From: Craspedostauros australis
Lineage: Eukaryota
Reading direction: 5' to 3'
Assembly (NCBI GenBank): GCA_030167865.1
Contig: JALAGF010001544.1
Coordinates: 1-37,784 of the forward strand
Length of the DNA stretch: 37,784 nt
A model generated the notes under the pieces. That model had not been told where the DNA came from and made no database searches. It worked only from the letters and a program-made list of their open reading frames with translations. Made by a program: the position numbers and the translations under genes. Position 1 is the stretch's first letter; the number at the start of each line of letters is the position of its first letter. Below, piece after piece: positions 11,492 to 21,147 of the stretch.

Positions 11492-12433
11492 ATGAAACTC
11501 TCTCGCTTCCTTGGATTGATCGTCCTCGCAGCACCATGCGCCAACAATCAAGTACACGCATTCACCACGAGACAACCAACCGCATCGACACCAACTAGTG
11601 GTAGCAGCAGCCGACTTCTTGCAACCTCGTTCGAGACAGAGAAAGCACCAACATCCCGTTTTTCCTTCCTTCAGAACGTGAGGCAAGCCGTGCAAGGCAC
11701 CACCGTCGCCGAGCAACCATCCACTGTCTCATCCAACGTGCCACAACAAGCATTCCACGATTCAGTCGCACCTGCAGATCCTCTCTGGAGCACCACCACT
11801 AAGCAGCTCGGTGAGTACCAGCGCACCACTATCAACACCAACGCCCGCGACACTGCATCCCTGCCATCAACATCAACGACCCGACGTGCATGGATGCAGT
11901 CTATGGCCGCCCTGGCTGTTGTCGCCACCTGCAGAACAGAGCACAAGCAGCTCAATCTCCCAGAAGAGCAGCTAGCGCAGATCATGATCAACGACATCGT
12001 CAACAAAAAGTCACTCGTCACCGCCGACATCACCAGATCCATCTACGACGAGCAAGCCACCTTCAAGGACGGATCCGACCTCGACGGCAAGTACTACCTT
12101 GAGCAATGGGTACGCGGCTGCCGCATGCTGTTTGATGCATCCAAATGCGACTCGCGACTTGTTGAAGACACGCTGTCGGTGACGAAGCACGCCGTCACAT
12201 TTCGCTTCGAGGAGGACCTGACATTCCGCGGTCCATTCTCACCAAAGTGCTTCCTGAGCGGAACCGTCGTCATGAAGCGCTGCCCCATGTCCGGACTGAT
12301 CAAGTCGTACGAGGAGATCTGGGACAAGGATGTGTCAAGTATTGTGAAGTCTGCGAAGCTTCAGGGCGGCAACCGCATGACCGACCTCTTCATGGCTCGG
12401 CTCCAGTCTTCGGATGATAACTGCACGGCGTAA
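11492..12433 (+). CDS. Plastid-targeted DUF2358/SnoaL(NTF2)-like protein
   Basis: Probable start MKLSRFLGLIVLAAP...VHA-F (an upstream ATG at 11447 is also in frame). The C-terminal domain ADITRSIYDEQATFKD...FRFEEDLTFR...LSGTVVMKR...GLIKSYEEIWD resembles DUF2358/NTF2-like folds. Confidence 0.65.
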   Translation: MKLSRFLGLIVLAAPCANNQVHAFTTRQPTASTPTSGSSSRLLATSFETEKAPTSRFSFLQNVRQAVQGTTVAEQPSTVSSNVPQQAFHDSVAPADPLWSTTTKQLGEYQRTTINTNARDTASLPSTSTTRRAWMQSMAALAVVATCRTEHKQLNLPEEQLAQIMINDIVNKKSLVTADITRSIYDEQATFKDGSDLDGKYYLEQWVRGCRMLFDASKCDSRLVEDTLSVTKHAVTFRFEEDLTFRGPFSPKCFLSGTVVMKRCPMSGLIKSYEEIWDKDVSSIVKSAKLQGGNRMTDLFMARLQSSDDNCTA

Positions 12434-12986
12434 ACAAATGCGCTGCAGTAGAACAAGGACTATCCTGAGTCCTCATTCATCCTCGCACATCTCCACACAC
12501 ACACACTTTTTCACGCAAAGAAGTGAATCCCATCACAACCGACCACCAATACAGCAACGATATGCATAGCAACCATACAGCGCCCCCATACGGCATCCCC
12601 ATACACCATAGAATATAGAAAACACGCAATAGAATAGAACATAACATATAATACCATAGACAATCGACCACTTTACAATCATCATCTTGTAGACCGTTCA
12701 GCAGTCTTCTCCGGCTTGATTTCGAAGTCGCCCTCGCGACCTGCGTTCTTTGAAACATGTGCATACTTCCACGGGATCGTTTCGGGTCCGTTCTTTTTGC
12801 AACCAATGCACTGCGCCAGCAGCAGAAAGGGAATCTCTTCAGTTCATTCAGAAGTCATCGTGAACATTGCTTAGTATTCATTCATACTTCACAGCATTCA
12901 TCTAACTTGAAGTTGTGATGCTAAAGAGCCAACCATCGCAAGTTCTACAACGCATCACAGCAACAAGCAACAAATAGACAAGCAAG

Positions 12987-14723
12987 ATGGATCTCATTCA
13001 GCTCGTCAAGTCGGTGTACTCCACCGGACTCTTCATCTTCTCGATCACCATCGTCTGCGGACTCATCTTCAATGAGCAGACCAAGGTCTCGTCCGAGGTC
13101 CACCCAGTGGTCGCCTTGGTCGTCATGATCACGGCCCTCGTATGGCTCAACATGGTGGAGAGAGGACAGGGGTCCCTCGTCGGTCTCCCACCAGTCGACC
13201 GCGACCTCTACGTCGAATCCCACCCAACCAGCCACCACTGCACCTCCCTCGCCCACAAGGGTGACAACCTCGATCGCTACCTCATGGTCTTCACCATCAA
13301 CCAGTGCGATGCCCCCCCCCCCCCCCTCGCCGATGCCCGAGTCTTCGGCTTCCCAGACATCATCATCCAGATTTTCCTCGGATCCGGAGCCGCCATGATC
13401 CTCATGACCGCTCAAGCCGGACAGCTCAACTCCCAAGTGAACGCCTCCCTGTGCATGCTTGACTACATCAACAACTTCTTCGCCGTCTTCACCCTCTATG
13501 TTGCCCTCGCCATTGAGTTCTCTGGACTTCTGCACTCGTGCTACCTCGTCCAGATGTTCTTCGTCTGGGCCTCTGGCAAGGAAATCGAGTCGAAGGAACC
13601 ACCACGTGACGGTGCCCAGAACCTCTTCTACTGGGGCCGCATCCTCATCTCCCTCGCCATCCTGTGCTATGCCATGGCTGTCACCCTGGTCGCCCTCTTC
13701 GATGGAAAGACCACCATGTGGGCCGGAGTGACAAACGGAGTCGCTGTCATCCTCTTCTTCCTCTTCATGTCCATCGTTGGTATGCTCGAGGGTATGCAGA
13801 TCGCCTTCTTCGCCGTCGCCAAGCTTCCAAAGGAGGAGCGTGGAGACCATCCAATGGCCCGCAAGACCTGCGAGCTCCTCTTCCGCGGTGACGGACGCAA
13901 CCTTCCAGGATTCATGATCGGACGTCAGATCTTCGTGACGATGTGCTTCTTCATCATCGCTTGTGTCACCACTCTTGATGTCGAGGTCGGAACTGGCGAG
14001 AACATCTTCGGAGTCTCCGATAGCACCCAGGAATTCTTCAACACTGGACTTCTCGGAGCCCTCATCACCACCATCATCGCCTCCATCGCATGGCAGCTGG
14101 TTGTATCCATCTTCCCAATCGCCTTCCTTTCCAGCCCAATCGTCCACATCTTCCTCGAGTTCTCTCTGTTGTTGGAAGCCACCGGTATCTTCTCCGGAGC
14201 CTGTGTCCTCGCTTCCGTCCACAAGGCCGTCTCTGGCTTCCAGCTTGATGAGGTGTACATTGGCACCCCAGAGGAGCGCGTCGTCGGCATGAAGCCAGAC
14301 CACAAGAGCAACCGTAACCTGCACCTCGGAACCAACGTCCTTGTCAACGAGGCAAGTTCCACTGCCGTTCCAAAGGAATACCTCGAGCTCCAGAAAGCTC
14401 TCGCCGCACAGAACGAGTCTTACCCCGTCCGCCGCGAGCGCATTCTGTCGAACATCAAGAGCCTCCGCGAAGAGATCAACGCCTGCAGCAACGAGGAGGA
14501 TGCCGTCGTTTTCGAGTCTGCTCTTCGCATGGAGACTGCTGCCATGAACGAGCTGAACCAGGACGAGGAGAATGAAGGTTCTGAGGCTGACGCCGATGAG
14601 GAGATGGGCATGCAGAAGTATGCACTATGTGCATTAAGGGGCAACCAGAGTGCGCCGTACCAATACACCAAAGCATCAACACATGCGTCACGTTGCCAAA
14701 GGTATCTTGGAGATGCATCGTGA
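12987..14723 (+). CDS. SIT: Silicon transporter (SIT family), degenerate in its N-terminal half; may be a young pseudogene
   Basis: SIT hallmarks: QGSLVGLPPVDRDLY.ESHP, KGDNLDRYLM, GQLNSQVNASLCMLDYINN, LEGMQIAFFAV, NLPGFMIGRQ, FFNTGLLGALITTI and a C-terminal coiled coil. Open reading frame of 578 aa. The first EGXQ reads ERGQ and the first GRQ is absent. Confidence 0.93.
   Translation: MDLIQLVKSVYSTGLFIFSITIVCGLIFNEQTKVSSEVHPVVALVVMITALVWLNMVERGQGSLVGLPPVDRDLYVESHPTSHHCTSLAHKGDNLDRYLMVFTINQCDAPPPPLADARVFGFPDIIIQIFLGSGAAMILMTAQAGQLNSQVNASLCMLDYINNFFAVFTLYVALAIEFSGLLHSCYLVQMFFVWASGKEIESKEPPRDGAQNLFYWGRILISLAILCYAMAVTLVALFDGKTTMWAGVTNGVAVILFFLFMSIVGMLEGMQIAFFAVAKLPKEERGDHPMARKTCELLFRGDGRNLPGFMIGRQIFVTMCFFIIACVTTLDVEVGTGENIFGVSDSTQEFFNTGLLGALITTIIASIAWQLVVSIFPIAFLSSPIVHIFLEFSLLLEATGIFSGACVLASVHKAVSGFQLDEVYIGTPEERVVGMKPDHKSNRNLHLGTNVLVNEASSTAVPKEYLELQKALAAQNESYPVRRERILSNIKSLREEINACSNEEDAVVFESALRMETAAMNELNQDEENEGSEADADEEMGMQKYALCALRGNQSAPYQYTKASTHASRCQRYLGDAS
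13312..13326 (+). repeat. C15 homopolymer inside the SIT coding sequence (in-frame, encodes APPPPL)
   Basis: gat gcc ccc ccc ccc ccc ctc read directly. Confidence 0.9.
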
Positions 14724-15471
14724 ATCTCAGACCATGGCGTCGCTCTCCTCCAAATGACGCAAAACGCAATCGCATACTATACCTGTCGCAACACATGAGC
14801 TGAACAGAGGTATCATAGCCTTGCAACACGAAGCGGTATTGAACAGAGTGCAGCAAACTATGCCATAGTAAAAAATTGTAGTCCACTGAACATTCATTGA
14901 ATCACCTGATTTACATCAGTGATGGATGTGAAACACTTGGCAGCTGCTCATGGAGACAATAGTACATTGGCGGGTGGTTGGTTGTCGTTCGTTCTCGCTC
15001 TTCTTCACTCGCAGGTACTTCGTTCGCATCCAACACTTGCGCAACGAAGGTTGGGCACGATGAGAATTTGCAGCTCGCGCTGGTCGTCCTCTCCACAAGT
15101 GTGCATACCTGTACCGAAGCAGGACACGATGGAGAGATAGAGACTAACACAGAAACCAAGCGGCAGAAAGAGAGAGAGAGAGAGAACCACAACGAAAGAC
15201 AACGAGAGAAAGCGATACGACCAGGTGGCAACGAGCCACAACACGCCATCCAAACCCACGCTCAAACATGCCAACAACGGGCATTGATTGGATGTCTATC
15301 GCGTGGTACGTACTCGCGGAATTGAGACATCCAATCGATATCTCCACCGGGGTAGGAGACATCAAACCATAAAACATCCTCAACAACTCATCACCCGGCG
15401 ATCACTATCCAATAATCGTCCAACAATCATCCATCGAACAGAACCCAACAATCGTCAACCGTCATCACGAC

Positions 15472-15610
15472 ATGCCGACTATTTCGAACAAACAACTCCT
15501 TGATGCCTCCAAAACAGGCGATTTGGAGCGTGTCGAGCAATTCGTCGAATCAACCAAGGCTGATACCGATATACAAAGCCACAAAGACAAAGCACCCCTC
15601 GATGTGATCG
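15472..15610 (+). pseudogene. Degenerate ankyrin-repeat gene fragment
   Basis: QLLDASKTGDLERVEQFVESTKADTDIQSHKDKAPLDV follows the ankyrin consensus (LL.A...GDLE.V..L....AD.......TPL), then the frame loses protein-like character and stops at 15759. Confidence 0.5.
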
Positions 15611-16630
15611 GTACAGACGATCAGATCAACGTGCAAATTTCAATCATCACTAGTCTCAATCACCACATCTCACGACTGCAGCTACAGCCGCAGATGAAGA
15701 TGTCATGGAATCATCCTTTTGACACCTGGTGCCAAGCGAAATGCTGTAACCACAGCTAATGAAAAGCGAACGCGTCATGAAATAGCTCAGGGGCGAGCAG
15801 ATTCACACGCAAGGTTGACACCACCAGCATCATCACCAGCACTCGTGCCGCTCCATCATCACCATCCGACTAAGCACACAAGTTCATGTGAGTCATGATG
15901 GAGTCCGATACGAGCATGATGACACAGAAAGCAATCGCCATCCCCGACCTCCATTCAAACGTCTTGCTCCTCCCTTCCCTCCTTGTCTTTGTATTTTAAA
16001 CGCAGTGATGGGTGGCGGGAATTTGTGAGGTGATGAAGGCAGTCAGCGCATTCGTGGAATGCCAGGACGGCGCTGATGATGCCGAGGTTGCGCAAACGCA
16101 TGGCAGCCACACGGTTGGTTAACGTCCAATCCACCCTCATGCGCGACCGTCGAAATTAATTGTTTAACACCATTCCCCACCTGGCTCGCAAGTCCCGCCG
16201 CCTCACATTTTGATTTTGTTCTTCTCACATCATTTACGACTTTTCAAAACAAAGCCACAAGTGCTAACATCGTGCTTCCTCGTGCTCGTGGCACACTCAA
16301 TTTGATTCCGTCTTGGCTGTTCCCAAGAGGATGCAACTTCCTACTACTCACTCGTACTCGTACCTACCCACGGTTGCGGGTGTTGCTGCAGCCACCTGCA
16401 CCAACATCACCTGTGGATGCTGTGTGCCTGAGTTTGAAGGAGTTCAGGCGAGCAACATGAAATGAGCCGCGACAGCATCGTGTGTATGCGTGGCCAAACA
16501 TCTCGACCCAACTGCTCCGACATATTATAATTGCACGACAAATATCAACAACAGGACCAACAGCACCAACGACAGACTCAACAACACCGAATCAAGACGC
16601 ATCGATAGCAACGTATTCAATAGCACGACC

Positions 16631-18394
16631 ATGAAGTTCGCGGCCTTTTTTGGCATCTGTTCGCTGATTGTTGCCGCCTTGTCGACAACTCTCTGCACAT
16701 CAGCCGTGGCTGTGGAGCAGCAAGATGCTTTCATCATTCGCATTCCGAGTGGAACCGACCATTCTTCTCTGGATCTTCAGGTGCGACGCATGCTCCGTAA
16801 CACCAGCAGGCAGCTGGCAACCAGCAATGGGCTACTCGAGCTGTGCTACCGATGCTTGTGCTCCCTTCAAGATGGCAAAGAAGTCTGCGAGTGCGAAAAC
16901 AACGGCACGGATCCCAGATGCTCCGAGACTTCAACCTTCAAGGCAACCAAGAGCGAAACCTTGAGCGCTCTGGCCGCTGATACGGGCTCGGCACCCTCAT
17001 CATCAGTGACAACAACAGGAATCACAACAACGACGACGACGACGATTGTCAATGACGCAGCCCCAACGAAAAGTTCAAAGGCCAAGTCGGCAAAAGCTGG
17101 CAGCACTGGAGGACTCAGCAAAACAAACAAGGCCACCACCCAGCAGAGCAACGAAGGACCAGCTGGATCGAGCGGCAGCGATGGCAACAGTAGCCTCTGC
17201 GAATCATCCAGCTCTTGCATTACATGCACCCTTTCCAGCAACAATGTTTGCATTTGCGAGCCCAATGGCACCTGCAACGGATCATCACCCACCAAGACAA
17301 GCAAGAACGCCAAGGGATCAAGCACACCCTCTACTACGGCCGTCGTGAAGGGAAGCAAGGCAGCGAAAATGGCAGGACCCGGTATGTCACAATCGGGCAG
17401 CGAAGGTGACTCGAGCAACACGAGCGCGGCAGATGGCAGCGACAGTGATGCAAGCCAGTCTGCCGAGAGCAGCAAGTCTTCGAAATCGAGCAAGGCAGAC
17501 GACGGTGCGACTGCTCAAAACAAGTCCCCCAAGGCCATCAAGTCCAGTAAGGAATCCAAGAAGGGTTCCAAGAGTGCCAAGCAGGATCTATGCTACATCG
17601 ATGAGTGTTTCGATTGCGCCTACGACGGTGATGACTGTCGGTGCAACTGGAATGGTGACTGCGCATCCAGCCCATCCTCACCGTCGGGACCCAGCTCAAG
17701 TTCGAATAACTCTCCAAGTCAGAGCTCCGACACCTCTCCAAGCCAGAGCAAGAGTAGCGGATCATCTCCGTCAAAGAGCAAGTCCTCAGGCCCTTCCAGC
17801 AGCCAAACGGCGACTCAATCCAAGAGCAAGAGCAAGAGTGACGAAAGTTCTCCATCAAAGAGCAAATCCGCCGGCGCCGCCAAAAGTGGAACAGCTTCTC
17901 AATCCAAGAGCGTGAGCAAGTCCGCGGATAGTGGGGACGGCCAACCAGCCTCTCAGTCCAAGAGCAAGAGCAAGAGCAAATCCGCAGGCGCTGCCAAGAG
18001 CCAAGGAGCTTCATCTTCCAAGGCCAAATCGGCCGGTGCCACCAAGAGCCCAACGGCTACCCAATCCAAGAGCAAGAGCAAGAGCAAGAACAAGTCCGCG
18101 GGCACCGCCAACAACCAAACGACGCCTCCAACAAACAGCAGATCCGAAGGCGCCCCTGATACTCCGACGGCATCTCAGTCCAAGAGCAAAAGCGCAGGTC
18201 CCGCGAAGTCGAGCACCAACAACGCAAGCAAAAGCACCGGCAAATCCAAGACCAAGGGCGCAAGTCCAGCTACAGGCGACGCCATGGGCACCACCGACAA
18301 CAACAGCGGCGCAGAAGCGAGTCCATCCAAGCGAGGACCACGAGGAAAAGTCTCTGAAGCTCGCAGCTACCCGCTGATCCCAGATGATCGATAA
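16631..18394 (+). CDS. Secreted Ser/Lys-rich silaffin-like protein with RXL sites, KxxK clusters and three 6-Cys modules
   Basis: ATG at 16631 begins the signal peptide MKFAAFFGICSLIVAALSTTLCTSAVA. RRML and RQL motifs follow. Lys clusters include KSSKAKSAK, KGSKAAK, KSSKSSK and KSPKAIKSSKESKKGSKSAK. The C-terminal half is (SK)n repeats and there is no TM segment. Confidence 0.8.
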   Translation: MKFAAFFGICSLIVAALSTTLCTSAVAVEQQDAFIIRIPSGTDHSSLDLQVRRMLRNTSRQLATSNGLLELCYRCLCSLQDGKEVCECENNGTDPRCSETSTFKATKSETLSALAADTGSAPSSSVTTTGITTTTTTTIVNDAAPTKSSKAKSAKAGSTGGLSKTNKATTQQSNEGPAGSSGSDGNSSLCESSSSCITCTLSSNNVCICEPNGTCNGSSPTKTSKNAKGSSTPSTTAVVKGSKAAKMAGPGMSQSGSEGDSSNTSAADGSDSDASQSAESSKSSKSSKADDGATAQNKSPKAIKSSKESKKGSKSAKQDLCYIDECFDCAYDGDDCRCNWNGDCASSPSSPSGPSSSSNNSPSQSSDTSPSQSKSSGSSPSKSKSSGPSSSQTATQSKSKSKSDESSPSKSKSAGAAKSGTASQSKSVSKSADSGDGQPASQSKSKSKSKSAGAAKSQGASSSKAKSAGATKSPTATQSKSKSKSKNKSAGTANNQTTPPTNSRSEGAPDTPTASQSKSKSAGPAKSSTNNASKSTGKSKTKGASPATGDAMGTTDNNSGAEASPSKRGPRGKVSEARSYPLIPDDR

Positions 18395-19215
18395 ACGCGC
18401 AAGCCTCAACCACGGTACACCCGCGAACATGACGTTCCAGTGGCAATGCATGTCCTCCTGGATGAATGATCGTGCGGCACGACACGTGATTGGACAGAAC
18501 GAACAACGCGAGACTAAAAGCAAGCAGGGTTGTGAGATCTTCTTCGAAGATCTTGTGACACAATCCAAGCACTGACTCCCAAGCAACCAGATCTTTGCAG
18601 GCTTGTGACAAATGTATTATACAATTAAAACTAAAACCCGATTCATACACAGCATGACTCTAGAAAGAACTGTACCGCGACCCCCACGCTCCAAGCGGGT
18701 TCTTCTTGATGCTGGTGTGTGTCTTCTTGTGCAGCAACAATTGCACGTGGTGGAAAAAACAGATGAGGCGACCAACATATTCGAGTAACCGGTCTCGCCG
18801 CCGTGGCTCATGGAGACAAGCACATCGACTGCCTGTTATGGTTTGTTCTTTCTGGTGGTCCACACTATTAGTTTGGGTGAATGCGAGCAAATATCGTGGA
18901 TTATGGTTTTGCATTCACGCTAACTGCTCTACTCTACTCGACGCTTCCTCACAACGACCCACCCATCAACATGCCATTTCATCGATGTCATTGGAGTGTA
19001 TCGAATCCCGAGCAAATCTCCATTCGCGAATCGATTGAACGAATGGACAAAGGATTGATGGCCGACATCAACAAAAAGAAATTGGTTCGTTTTCCCAAAC
19101 TCTCTCCGCCCCAACCGCGAGGTGCCACAATTCGTATCCTCGCACGGAGCAGCCGATTGCCGTCCTCACCCTGCACAATTGCATTTGTCCCCAAAGGACG
19201 ATCAGTGGCTCTAGC

Positions 19216-20971
19216 ATGAAGGTCGGGCTTCAACGTTGTCTCAGACCGCTCCAACCACTGTCGCGAGGCAAGGCGGCGGCTTGGTTTGGTGGATCTCGCT
19301 GCGCGAACTGGATCACTCCAGTCACCATGGACGGCAACACGAGGCTGGCATCGTCCAAGCCAACACCATCGTCGCTGTCGAGCCCGCGCGCGCAGCACGC
19401 CGTTTCCCTCTTGCCGTCCTACCTGACGGATGCAAGAGCAGTCGAGATTTACTCTGAGTCCACACCTGATGGCGTGCTGCAACTCAGCGTCGCCGAGAAT
19501 CAGATGTTGGAAGACCTGCTGCTGCCGGCCATTCACAAGTTCAGCATCACCGCCCATACAGCAGACGGCCTCTGCTTTCCTGCGGACGGCATCTACTACC
19601 AAACCACGCACGGACGCGAGTCCTGCCGGAAGGTCGTGGCGGACTATTTCACGCAAACCCTCAAGCTGTCCAAGCCGATGGATGCCGATGGTGTTGTCAT
19701 TGGTGCTGGATGCAATGCCGTTCTGGAGAACCTGTGCATCACCTTGACATCTCCGGGAGATGGCGTCCTGGTGCCAACGCCGTACTATGCCGCATTCGAA
19801 TTTGATCTTGGTTGTCGAGCGGGTGAGTAGGTCTGACGTGGGTGCGTTCGCAATGTGCTCGTGTCGTTGAACCGACATCTAGGCGCAGAATTGTTTGGAG
19901 CAATACTCGTACACTTTGGCTGATACAATCACCCCCTCGCACCGATTCACTCATTCATTCATTCACTCATTCATTCCGCTCACTCTCTGCCTCTCTGATG
20001 ATCCACGCCCACAATCAAAATCGCAAACAACATCCAAACCTGTAGGACTGACCATCATCCCGGTCCAAACCATGGATTATCATGATGACAGCACCACCAT
20101 CGACCGCTCTGGTCCAATCCCACAGCACATGTACTACCCAAACAAGAAGTCGCTGGGCGCGGCATACGCCAAGGCCGTCGAAGCGGGCAACCCGCCACGC
20201 ATCTTGCTCATCAGCCATCCCATGAATCCTCTCGGAATCAGTTACCCGGAGTCCGTCATCCAGGAGTGCACCGACTGGTGCCGCGAAAAGAAGGTGCATC
20301 TCGTCAGCGATGAGATCTACGCCGGAAGCGTGCATGCAGGCGAAGATGCTGGCTTCGTGTCGGCCTTGGAGGTTGCCGCGACGCAAGACGACGATGGCTC
20401 CGCAGGTCTGGGTGTGGGTCCGTACGTTCACTTCGTGTGGTCCATGTCGAAGGACTACGCGTCCAGCGGATTGCGCGTGGGTGCGCTATATTCTGAGAAT
20501 GAAGAGATCCGTCTGCCCTTGCAGAAGTTGAATGATCTGTGCAGTGTGTCGTCACAAACTCAATTGTTGGTGGAAAGCATGCTGTCAACGGAGACGGAGG
20601 CAGCGGCCGGAAACGGAGCATGGTTCGAGGCATTCCTCGAAGAAAATCAATCGCGCTGCGCTACGCGCGGCGGTGAGTGGCAAAGCTGCCTGGAGGAGCT
20701 GGACATCCCGCATCTCAAGCCAACATCAGGATTGTTCATTTGGATGGATCTGCGCGAGTTCCTGCCCGAGGATGGCACGGATGCCGAGCGCGAGCGCAAG
20801 CTGTACTTGGATCTCATGCAGCACGGTCTGCTGTTCACGCCAGGGGCGAGCATGAAGAACGAGCTGCCGGGATTCTTTCGCTGTGTCTTCACTGCAGCAT
20901 CCCAACACACCAGCGATCTGGGCATCGAGCGATTGAAGGAATTCGTTGCCAAGAAGCGTAGCAGCGCATAA
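19216..20971 (+). CDS. ACC-synthase-like PLP-dependent class I/II aminotransferase; exons 19216(or 19327)-19822 and 20046-20971
   Basis: ACS-like boxes: QLSVAENQM, VPTPYYAAFEFDL, SHPMNPLG, HLVSDEIYAGS, WSMSKDYASSGLRVG (PLP Lys) and PGFFRCVF. The phase-1 intron GTGAGT(19823)...TAG(20045) joins CRA-G-LTIIPV. The start codon is uncertain. Confidence 0.88.
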
Positions 20972-21147
20972 GGTTGCTTTGACAACAACAGGTAGCGGCA
21001 CCATCTTCACTCTAGACAGAGAGAGAGAGGACTCCACAATCATCATTTTGGTTCGTTCTAATGTCTCTAGAGAGTCCTGCTACAGTTTCATGGGTGTTTA
21101 TGCCATACTTTCAAAATTGAGTTGCCATCCACTCCCAACTTCTGCTT

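Noticed and set aside
12945-14324. 459-aa acidic minus-strand ORF
   Set aside because: Antisense shadow of SIT, produced by its ATC/TTC/CTC/GTC-rich codons.
16490-16630. N-terminal extension of the silaffin-like ORF
   Set aside because: Starts at GTG and is CAA-rich like a 5' UTR; the ATG at 16631 opens a clear signal peptide.
18384-18575. Short ORF overlapping the silaffin-like stop as a possible extra exon or frameshifted tail
   Set aside because: No convincing splice sites and no compositional similarity; cannot be supported without transcripts.
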